From Tubiluchus corallicola (lineage: Eukaryota > Animalia > Priapulida), in assembly GCA_030141605.1 (NCBI GenBank), contig JAQGDQ010000243.1, positions 186,001-250,000 of the forward strand: a stretch of DNA of 64,000 bases, written 5' to 3'. Shown here in pieces: positions 13,001 to 25,000 of this stretch; the stretch's first letter is position 1, and each line of letters opens with the position of its first letter. The translations under genes and the position numbers were made by a program. The notes beneath the pieces are model-generated. The model was not told the origin of the DNA. It searched no databases and saw nothing but the letters and a program-made list of their open reading frames with translations.

Positions 13001-16000
13001 TTCCTCATTATAACTACCACAACTATTGTCATCATTGTAACATTATCATCGATGAAACCACTATTATTAGTAGCATCATCAGTTTTATCATTGTCATCAT
13101 CATCGTCATTATTGTCATCACCATCATCATTAACACTACCGTCATCGTCATTATCATCAGCACCACAGCAAATGTAATAACCAGAAACTTGTCCCTCTCA
13201 ATTTCAAGTAGAAATAGAAATTAATGACCATATAGATCATTTAAAAATGTTAAAAAGTTCATCGTAATATTTCAGCTTTTCTAGCAGGACCCGTTCATTT
13301 TTATATATTTGTGTGTGAGGTGTCAATATGTCTACTGAATCTTACATTTTTGTACATTTTCGTAAAAACTGTAATTTTTTCAGGGTCAGAAACTGACGCT
13401 CCGACGGCAGTCTTTAATTTAGCGGTAAGAAATTTAGAATCCTTACACACTGTTTTAACTTCTATAACACAAACACTGTCATTACTTCATTTGTGAAACG
13501 ATTACCACGTCATTAATTAAACAAGAAATATTCAACTATGAAAAAAAATGCCACACTAACTTTTCATCGCTCAAATAACGATTTTGCGTTGTTGTTTTTC
13601 TTGTTGAATTAACTTTAATTTTGAGATTTATTTAACTTCAGACAAAACAAGAATGAAACAACAGTTTAAGGTACAACATCTGTTAATCATTTAACTTAGA
13701 GTAAAAAATGCATTTTCCGCAAAAAATGCAAAAGTCGGAGTTTTTGCCAAACCGATTTTTTTTATCATAGTGAAGTGAATCTAACCCTAAAAACAACTGT
13801 ATAATTAATTAACCTAATTTCTGTTCTGCATAAAGAAGCATGTTAAGCATGAGGATGTTACATACATCCAGAATGCGCATGCGTTATTGCGTAAAAATTC
13901 TTTTATATACTTTTCAATGCACCCGTTTATGAGGCCCTTGTCATTCGTTCCTGCGTTTTTCGTTATTTGTGTTATTATCGCGTTTGGATACGCAATAATG
14001 CGTAACGCACTACGCATGCCTGGCAAACACTACTTAACATAAATTCCCAGTACCATTCGTTTTTATAGTTGTTAATAAACTGACAACTTTGGCACTTAAA
14101 TAACATTTTATTTATTTAATCAAACTTGATTTTTTTTATGCGAAAAGTAATAATAATATGTGCCTCGCATAGAGCTTGATTTTATAACCTCAGTACGTTT
14201 CAATAAGTTTAAAGAAGCAAAATAGATAATGGGCATTGACAGAACTATCGCCTCTCATCTTGCTTAGAGGCAGATGAATTTTTATACTAGAATTATACTT
14301 ATTTATTCTTATGCAATGATATAACGTAGGCTTATTACCATAATGTAACAGACTGCTTTAATAGCAACCACTAGTAACAGCTGCCGACTATCATTACTAG
14401 GAATTGATCGTAGAAGTAAAGCTTTTGTGACTTCCTGAACTGTGTATTACTACAATGTATACACATATCGTCAAACTCTCCTGTTTCTCTATAAATATAT
14501 CAACAATATTAATTCTCCTTTCAAAAACAATAAGCTCCCACTTCTTGAAAACCCCAGTATGAATAACAGAACACTAAATTTAAGAAACATTAGAACGAAC
14601 AATCAATATGGAAAGAATTCCATTACTAAGCAAGCAATACAACTTTGGAATTCATTACCGACATCACTAAAATACAGCAGCTCTTTATCAACATTCAAGT
14701 CTAAATTAAAAAAAACATTTAATGACTCGTTTTGAATATCCGACATACGAACACGATGATACTTACTCAAATCGTAATTTCATTTTTCCTAGACCTTACT
14801 AAACTAGTTTATATTTCATTTTTGAATTTCTAGTTTCGACTTATAGTTTAGCTTGCACCAGACGCATTTGCCCAGAACAATGTTTTTTATATGAACTAAC
14901 ACTGATTATCTGTCTTTTATTATGATGGTCAATGTTTTTAAAATGGCAAGTAAAGATTTTACTACTACTACTACTACATACGGCAACGGCAAACCTTCGT
15001 AGCATACGTACAATATTATCAATTTAAAATAACAGTTCTATGGCTAAAGCCTATTTGAGAACAGAAATAAGCTGTTAACTTCTATTAGCTGTTACATAAA
15101 TGTACTGAGTATTAAATATTTATATCACCATGGTATAACATTTGTGGCTTGAAAACATCAGGCAACGGCTGTCCATCTTACTGCTAATTACACAAACGGA
15201 GAAAGACTGACGTCAGCAACAAACAAGATTAATTTATTGCTCGGCCTATTTTTTACATTTCAATGTACTATTTACAACAGCAATTTAAATAATTACTATA
15301 GCTTGACGTACATGTAATATATATATGTTGTCTGTAGAAAGTAAGCAGGCTGGTTAAAAGTAAGATAATTTGATTAAAGTCTATTTATTCTTGTGGTTAA
15401 AGCTGCTTGCTGATTATTGTTGTTTATTGTGTGGCGTGTGAGGTAGCCACGATGGGCATGGCAAACTATCAAGACTTTATTTAATAAACTACGCATTTAT
15501 TAAATATCAAACACAACACGGTAAATATAAGAGGATAGTAATGCCAGCCCTCCGTCTTCAAGTCAGTTCCTAATCTCCCCCGAGGTGCAGGCCCCAAAAC
15601 ACTTTTATCTAACTAGCTAATGAGCTTCTGCGCATAAGGGTTACATCATCGATCTTTACTTCTGATTCAGCCGGTCGAACATCAGCTGGTCACGTGATGC
15701 CACACCTAATTTTAATCTTTAATTACTAATTTAATCACTAGTTTAATCAAAATCATGATTTAACACAGCTTTCTTTACTTTAAATACTAATTACTGGACG
15801 AAAAACAAGTTCCTTTTGTTGAAAGAATGTTACTGCATTGCACGGAAACCTTGTATAATTTTATATAATAAGAATTTAACAGTCTGCCAATTGAAAGCCA
15901 TTGATAACTTTCTGCTCAACCTCCAGCATGCACAGCTATGTGTAGGTTAATTAATAATAGTTTCAAAATTGTCAATTAGTGATGGAATAAACTCACATTT

Positions 16001-19000
16001 ATTATCGCTTTTAGGAAGATCACAACGAAGTGTATGATCCCTGGGGAAAAGGATACGGGACGCCAAATTACAATGAAAGCAGACGTGTAAAGAGCCGCAT
16101 TGACGCGTTCGAATCACTCTCGGTATGTTGTGAAATTCTACTAGGCCTACCTAGTGTTTTATAGACTACGCTTGCTAGGTAATTCCTATTTAATTAATGT
16201 AAATTATTCCTACAAATTAATGTAAACAATATTTCATTTGTTTAGCCTTTTGTTCATGAGGTAGCATTGCCTGTCAACTTTCAGTGTTACTGAGTAATTT
16301 TAAGTGGAACCACTGCAAACGTTGATGTACTGTAATTTCGAAAATTTAATCCGCAGTTGGTTTTATTTAAAAAAAACATGCCAAACTACGCTTTTACTGG
16401 ATGGAAATAAATGGCTTTAAACTTTCTTTATAGCAATAGCCCCTCTGTTTTGCGCTATTTTCTTCATGGAACCACAGCATGAAGACTATTGCTATTGCTA
16501 GTGATTACAAGCATGACAGGATAAAAACTAAGTGATACTTTCGAAAATAAGCCTTTTCACAGTTCCAGCGATTGATGATGATCGTGAAAAGGTCAAAAGC
16601 TAAATGTACTAGACAACGCATTTATGTACATTTGACAACGCAAAGCTACTGTAATTGTAACAGTTTTAACAGTTAGATACAACCTTACCTAGTTCATTAT
16701 TTCTTGTTCCCAAACAAGATCTTGTTAGTAAATCACTCTACGCACAGACTAATGCATAATTAAGAAAAGTCCACATAAAACAATGAAATTCTACTAGTGT
16801 TTTATAGACTAACGTGATATATATTGAAAGTCGTGTAAGTGATGAATTAATTTTTGGAAAGGGTTTTTGGTCGGGCCCAGTTACGCGGTATGAAAACTGA
16901 AAAGAGCTCTGTTTGAATGGATCCGGCAATTTTAATCAGATGACGTATTTGGTCATCTAACCAGCAACACAGTTTGAGAAGCTATTTGCCTGGATCCAGC
17001 AATTTTAGTGGGATGTGTTATCTGACTGGATCTAGGCCACGTAGAATGAAAAAGTATTAGATGATATACAGCTACATAGCATTACAACTTTTTTGTAGAG
17101 ATCCGATTGAAAAAAATCATAATTCTTTAAAAACTAAAAAAAATTATAAAAATCAAATGAAGATAGTTTTTTCTCTATTAAATATCCTAAATAAATGCTA
17201 TGTGCTGTTACTATGTCAAATTTAAATTTGCTTCTGTTATTCTCCATTTCGTGAGTGTCTATCTTGAGTGTGTCTACCAGAATGTATGTGAGACATATTT
17301 ATTATATATATATATATATATATATAATTAGCTTGTTAGGTAATTCCCATTTAAAGCAAAATTGGACCCAATCTTAAACTGTAGGTCAAAACAATCTATT
17401 CTTTAAAGAATGCCTTACGTGAAAGAATTATTACCACACAAACACAGTTTCGCGTTCGCGCCACTGGTTCTTTACTGTTACATGCATTTCGCCATTCGCT
17501 AATTAGACGGGCACTAGCATTTCGGAAACGCATTGCACAAAAGACAGGTGCTGTACCTCTCAGTTCAGATGTTTGTGACGACCTACACACGTTCGTCAAC
17601 TCATGCGTGAGCACAGCGGTAAATTTGAAATTTGAATTTTTATCTTGAACTTGCCTAGTTTTAGTACAATACACTGAATATCTTATAGTAGCACTGTGCT
17701 TCAATTTTATCTTTCACAAACACACGCAAGATGCTCGTGGGATATTTTTACTGCTGAACATTACATTAGTTTGTGATGTCATCCATAGCTGGGCTCGCCT
17801 GCCGTTAATTAAGTTTTTAATATATTATTTAATTATGAGAAACGCTTTTGCAGTATTAATTGTGTTAAAATGTATACTTTTATCGGACTTGAAAATGGGA
17901 TAGCTCATGAAAAATCATCCTGTCTTCCTTTAAGCGCTGATCTTCTCTTTTGTGCAGAAAAATATAACATTTAATTCACAACGCCTAGGCCAGCGAGTTT
18001 CTGGTCGAACCTCTCCTTTTTAAGCAAGTATTAAACAGACTAGCGCCCCGTTACGTTTGGGAAAATGCATTAGGGTGGCTTTGAGACATAATTTTGTTCC
18101 TCGTTATTTAACGAGAAATAAGTTCAAAGTTGTATTGGTAACACAATCGATTTGCATAAAAAATCGATTTGCAACTACAAAAAATAATCAATGGTCAGAA
18201 ATAAAAGCAATTATCGATTATAAATTGCGATCGATTAAATTGATTAATCGGTCCCGCTACTAGAAGTTATTTCATATCTTCTTATGTCCTACATTTTTAT
18301 ATCTTTACTTGAGTTATGGTTGTTTCAGAAAAACTCTGAACCGGATAGGTTCTTACAGCCTAATACTGTTAGGAAAGATTCTTTCCGTAGGCGCAAAGTT
18401 GTTATTGAAGACGACGCAGCTAACAGCTTTGGCGGTAAGTCCTCAACTTTCGTTTGGTTAACAGCTGACAGCTTTGCGGTAAGTCCTCAACTTTCGTTTG
18501 GTTAACAGCTTTGGCGGTAAGTCCTCAACTTTCGTTTAGTTAACAGCTAACAGCTTTGGCGGTAAGTCTTCAACTTTCGTTTAGTTAACAGCTAACAGCT
18601 TTGGCGGTAAGTCCTCAACTTTCATTTAGTTAACAGCTAACAGCTTTGGCGGTAAGTCCTCAACTTTCGTTTGGTTAACAGCTAACAGCTTTGGCGGTAA
18701 GTCCTCAACTTTCGTTTGGTTAACAGCTAACAGCTTTGCGGTAAGTCCCCAACTTTCGTTTAGTTAACAGCTTTGGCCGTAAGTCCTCAACTTTCGTTTA
18801 GTTAACAGCTAACAGCTTTGGCGGTAAGTCCTCAACTTTCATTTAGTTAACAGCTAACAGCTTTGGCGGTAAGTCCTCAACTTTCGTTTGGTTAACAGCT
18901 AACAGCTTTGGTGGTAAGTCCTCAACTTTCGTTTGGTTAACAGCTAACAGCTTTGCGGTAAGTCCCCAACTTTCGTTTAGTTAACAGCTTTGGTGGTAAG

Positions 19001-22000
19001 TCCTCAACTTTCATTTAGTTAACAGCTAACAGCTTTGGCGGTAAGTCCTCAACTTTCGTTTAGTTAACAGCTAACAGCTTTGCGGTAAGTCCTCAACTTT
19101 CGTTTGGTTAACAGCTAACAGCTTTGGTGGTAAGTCCTCAACTTTCGTTTGGTTAACAGCTAACAGCTTTGGCGGTAAGTCTTCAACTTTCGTTTGGTTA
19201 ACAGCTTTGGTGGCAAGTCCTCAGCTTTCGTTTTGTTAACAGCTAACAGCTTTCAAGAGTTTCAAGAGTTTATTCATTTTCCACATTGCATCTTACAATT
19301 ATCATTAAAATACAGATAATTTTCCATTTAAGTAAATATAAATATAAATATGAATAAATGCAGTATTATCGAGAAATTACAGAATGCTGGATATACATGT
19401 GCAAATTTCATTACAGAATAATTTTGATGCATACAGTTTGAGCCTAAAAGCATAGCTTGACAGGCCAAACTGTATGTGGAAATCTTAAAAAAAATGGGGG
19501 GGAGTAGTGAATGAAAGATGAAATGGAGCGAGAACTAAGAAAAACTGTGATCATGGTTACAAAGTGTTCAGTATCCTGTTAAACATAGTCACGTTATATT
19601 AAGATTACTGTAGGAAAAAAATGCAGGTTATTACCATTACCAGCTTTGGCGGTAAGTCCTCAACTTTCATTTAGTTAACAGTCATTCAGCTGCTGTTTTT
19701 CTCCAACACATACAGCAAGGCATACTAACAATAAATGGCTTTAATAAACAAATATAGTCGAAATTCTAGCGACGGATATTCGACGTATAACATAAGCTGC
19801 AGCCTAAAGTACAAGAAAATTAACACTGTTCATAAATAAAGCTTAAAAACTTCGTTTTGAAATTGCCATGATTTCTTATTTCATACAGGGCTAGCGCCAA
19901 CAGGAACGTTGTATAAAACTTATAAACTTAAACTCCCACGATTACCGTTAGCCGCAGCAATTTTGAAAAAAAGTTTTGGTAAGTCATTTGAAACAAGGTC
20001 AGATAATATTGCGTATTTCTTGTAAAAAGTAATCATTGCATTCATAACCCACATTTCGCTAAGTGGTCAAAAGTTTAAATTAATTTATATTGCCAATAAC
20101 ATCAATAAGGTGTTTGTTTGTTTTTTGGTGAAAAAGTGGTGCACACTGGGATGGCAATGCAGCGCCGTTTCTCCAGTGACGCGAATGTTTTGAATTATTA
20201 ATTTAACCTGATTTTCTTTTTCGATTACATAAATCTTTTACATAGGTAAGCCTAATCCTAACAAATATAACTTTGTATGGAAAATTCTCTGGAACACATT
20301 TGAAAATTGCCTTTTCTTCCCATTCAAAAATAAACTTTTACAGAAAAAATTATTGAATTTAACAATGTTGACTTAAATGTTTGGCAAAAAAATTACTTGC
20401 AAAGAAACCTTCAACATAATCCATACGATAATAAAAAACATATACATAAAACAACAAAAAATATAGTACTTACAATACGCCAACATATACGTATATTTTG
20501 ATAACACATGAAAAATAATTTTGCGGTAGTTTTATAAATTTTCAAAAGTGTGATCATATAATTTTTGTGCATTTGAATTAAAGGACAAGAAAAGGGGTAC
20601 CTGAAGTAGGTTTCAGAAACATCGTCTTAAAAAATTATATTACTTTATAGCAATTTTGTGCGTATATCTTACTCGCACTGAAAGGAATTTTAGTTTGTCT
20701 TCATTTTAAATCTCCCGCAATACTGTTCCGAAATCGCTAGTACATGACGTCACCACGCAGACGTAAATCAAGGAAAGAAAAGGCAATTGTTGGGAGCCGA
20801 GTGGACCACTGCGCCAAGTGGTCTACTTGGGCTAGCCCAAGTAGACCGCGTTCTACTTGGGCTGCCCAAGTAGGACACTAGAGACAGGTCGCGAATTGAG
20901 TCGTTAAGTGTGCTGACACCGTCCGTTGTGCTTGTTTATGTAATAATAATAATTAAAAACGTTAGTACACGTTGAATAATTTATTATACATCTAATAAAA
21001 TAAAAGAATTTTATTCTGAGCTGGTAGAAGCACCGCGAGGAGGTCGAGAGGTTGGACTTAATTAGCTCAGCAAAATTTTTTTTGATGGTTACCTTGCCTT
21101 TGAAGCGATCAGTTTATGCCCACTCATACATACACACAGTGATTGCTATTTCAGTTCAAAATCAATTTTCGTTTTGTTTTGAAAATATCAGTTTGTTCAT
21201 AGGGCAACATCGCTATAACAAACCAATATTTTTCATCGACACTGAGGATTTGGAATTAATGTTAGAAAAATTTATCAGCTGCATTTTTATAAACATGTTT
21301 ATGCAATTCAAGTAGGAAAATATTTGACTGAATTAGCAAAGCACTTTCACAGAATGTAATACAAAATAAAAATAAATATGACTATGGAAACAATAATAAA
21401 TACGAGCAAAGTAAATAACAGGCTAAGCTACAACAATATTACAAAATAACATTTTGGTTGGGACTCAAAAAAGTTATTACTAGTAACACAATAAACCAAA
21501 ACTTGACAAAAGGTAAAACTTGACAAAAGTTCATAAACACTGGAATATTCTCACTTAATATTTAAGTCTACAGCTTGGTCTACAGCTAAACAATCCTACA
21601 TCTAACACCTACATTTATCGCTAGTGTCCTACTTGGGCAGCCCATGTTGGACACTACTTTTAGCGCATCAAGAGGTCTACTTGGCGCAGTGGTCCACTCG
21701 GCTCCCAACAGCAATGTTAAATTATATCTCAAAAGACTTTCCGTGCAAATCTATATTACTTAGATTTTCGCTTACCTGCTAGAAAGACTTATGTAACTAG
21801 AAAAGGAAATTATTAATTATTTAAAATGTTTTCACCAATTGGTAAAATGTCGCTGACTCACCCTCCAGGGTGCACCACTCACTAACCAAAAACGTATTTT
21901 TAATCTTATTGACGAGATACAGTAATTTTAAATTTTATTTAGTTAGTGACTTGTGCGCTAAGAATGCTCTGATTTTTTTTCAAACTTCACAAAATGTTAT

Positions 22001-25000
22001 CTAAACTTGTTTCAAATGACCTGTCGTCAAAATGGCTGCGTCTAACGGTCACTGCGGGAGTTTAAATTTACATGTTTTATACAACGTGACTGCCGATTGA
22101 AGTCCTGCACGCAAAAAGGCAGTATGTAAGCGATATAAAATTTCCAAACGATTTTTAAGCTTTATGTTTATGAAGGGTATTCCTGTGATTTAAATATGCG
22201 ATATGAAATTTCTATAATTCCAAGCACAAATATGTACAACTTGTTATAGTAGTTGGCGTTTTGACGGCATTTTGCTGTCTTTTCTTGTAATAATTTGAGT
22301 CTCTGTTAGAATTGTTTTTATTACATGTTTCAGGTGTCTCTTCCCGAGAAAAATCAAATGCAGGAGACAGTGAGGTATACGATCCATGGGGAAAACCGGG
22401 CGCAGGTGCTCCCAGAGTAGGGAAAGACGGCAAGCCAATCACGATACGTGTTCGGGCAACGGACAGCGCTCAAATTAAAAACGAGGTGACCACAATTAAT
22501 GTTTCACATTTTAGCTTCTGTGTGCATCTATAGGTGGTTTAAACATTGTTTTACGATTTCTGTTTTGGCAACTATCGGTTAGTATGAAGGAATTTCAGCA
22601 TGTTTGTCTTGTGGTCAAGCGGATTCAGTCAAAAAGCCAGAAAGTATAAATTCGGAAATTGAAGTCTAGAGTTGTGACAGTCTTTCAACTCTAGTTCGTG
22701 TTTCACCAACTCCAGCTCAATTTTTTATTCGCCTGCAACAGAAATGCAAAAGTTGGAAAGTTAGAATTAAAAAAGGAAACACTTATAATTTCAGTTGTTT
22801 CAGTTTAGTTCAATGAACAAAATTGGTCGCGTGTCAGCGCGTTCTTTTGGTTTTTTTTTATTTGTTCGCTGTTTATTGCCTGTAGCTTAATTTTGTTAAT
22901 GTGCATGTGTTAACTCTTGGTGATTTCAAAAAAACTCTGTGGGCTTCCACATTTCCACATTTACTAATTGGCTGCTCGTGAATGAGGTGCATGGGTGTCT
23001 TATATTTTAAGCCTTGCACGTTACAGTTATCTCAGGCATCAAAAGAAAGACTGAGTCGACCAAGTCGCACAAGTCTAGCTCTTCGAGAGGAACTACAGAG
23101 AGAAATGGAGGAACGCCAAAAGCTAAGAGCAATGCAAAATGACCTCTTCCAAGAACCTGTAAGTTGTGGGGAACTGGAAAGAAATTCGACAGTGTGCTGG
23201 CGCAATCCTGTACTCCTGTTTTACTCTAACCAGACTTAAGCCAAACCTAAATAAAAACATGAATATTCATGCCATGCACGCCAGCACAATCCTCTACAGC
23301 TCTATTCCTACTTCTCCCTAACCTACCTTACTATCCATTATCCTTTGAAAACGCTCTTAACGCTACTTGTGCTATATGCCATACCTATATGCTCTTTCGA
23401 GTTTTAAGAATCCTTTGAAATTGTAAGATCGTTCATCCGAATTAAGGCTACTGTCTAATAAAATCTCTCTTGTAGCAGCAGTCTCGAATGACGAACCTTT
23501 CAATGAAACCGGAGCCTAATCTGAGGAAATTTAATTTAATTCTAAATTTCACATTTGGGAACTTTTTAGTTTTGTCGCACTCGAGCACTTGAAAGTGATG
23601 ACCATTTAAAAATTTGATGATTACTTGAAAATTTACAATGATGACAAGAAAAACTTTTTTCTTTAACTGTCCTCCTTTATTATTTCTGGAAGGTCTGCAC
23701 ATCTGTAAACAGAAAATAACAATAGAAAATAAATGCTTGTTAATTATTTTTTGCCACGTATGAACTTTTAGGTAATTTGCCACGCAGTAACTTTCATAGC
23801 AACGAGTAAATTTATTTACATAAAGTGTTGCAAATATATTTCCAGGATACAGACTTTGCAACGAAAATTCGAGACGGCCGAGAAATTCGATTTGCGACTA
23901 AACCGACATCGGATGTTACGAAACAGGTGACGTATTACTAGAATTTATTTGGCACGGCTGCATGTCCGGTTAAGAAAACTATTTATTCAGCCCAGAAAAC
24001 TCATAGTAAAGAGAACCTGTTAAATTATGTTAAAAACAGTAGATTATGATAAATAATTATGTTGATGGATGCTGGCATGATGAAGCCAGTTAAGGAGTGG
24101 TGTCACGTGAGTAAGTGATTCAGAAATTGAGGTGCCGGGGCTCCACCCACGATATATAAGGCGTGCGATGCCTCCAGCTCAAGAAATTAGTCTTAAATTG
24201 AGTCTGGGAGCCCGAGCGCACAGAGAGCCGTTAGATCAGGGGCTTTTAGCATTGCTATCTCATATATTTATTGTGTTTGATGTTTAATAAAATGTTTAAA
24301 GTGTTTGATGTTTAATGTCGTTTTGTAATCAGGCTCTTCATAGCTTTGCCATTCCTCAAGCATCAATAAGCAGCTACACACAACCAATACAACGGACTAT
24401 CCACTATACAATGAAATTAATTTTACTCTCATGCTACATATTAGCAGCTCGAGAATGTAGTCCTTAGTGTAATTTAGTTTACGGTCAAGAGAGTTCTGAA
24501 CGAGACCGTTTTTTCGGAAGGAATTATGAATACCAGCATGGATTACACTGCTTTGATTTAATTTGATCTATAATTTATATTTTAACTACAGAAAATGGAT
24601 TTGCGACAAGTAGATGTAAAAAAGAGCCAAGACTACTTTAACGCGCTGAGTCGACAAGCTGAAGAACGGGAACAACGTCGAAAGCAAGAGAGACATAATG
24701 AAATAGTTCAACAGGAATACGTGAGCTTGAATTTACACTTTATTTTTATCAAAACTTGAACCCACCTAGACGTTTGAGGATAGTTAATGTCTTATTGTCT
24801 TTCGGTGTGTTAAAGTCACATGCGAATATTAGTATAGTGGCTTCGCTAATGCCCCGTTAGAACTATTTTAGCAGCTGAGTGCTTAATTAAAGACTGTAAT
24901 TAGAGGATCTCGAAGATTTCAGCATATGAAGAGCACCCGTATTGCTGTTTGCCAGGAGGCAATTTTTAACACATTTAACAATAAGAACTCCATGCAGTGT

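Noticed and set aside
12704-13224. Poly-Ser/Met/Ile ORFs
   Set aside because: Degenerate (CAT)n microsatellite within a gene 1 intron.
24060-24410. Possible solo LTR (TATA-like GATATATAAG, AATAAA); a similar segment lies on the minus strand at ~15400-15705
   Set aside because: Could not define matching TG..CA ends with a TSD, so it is not called.
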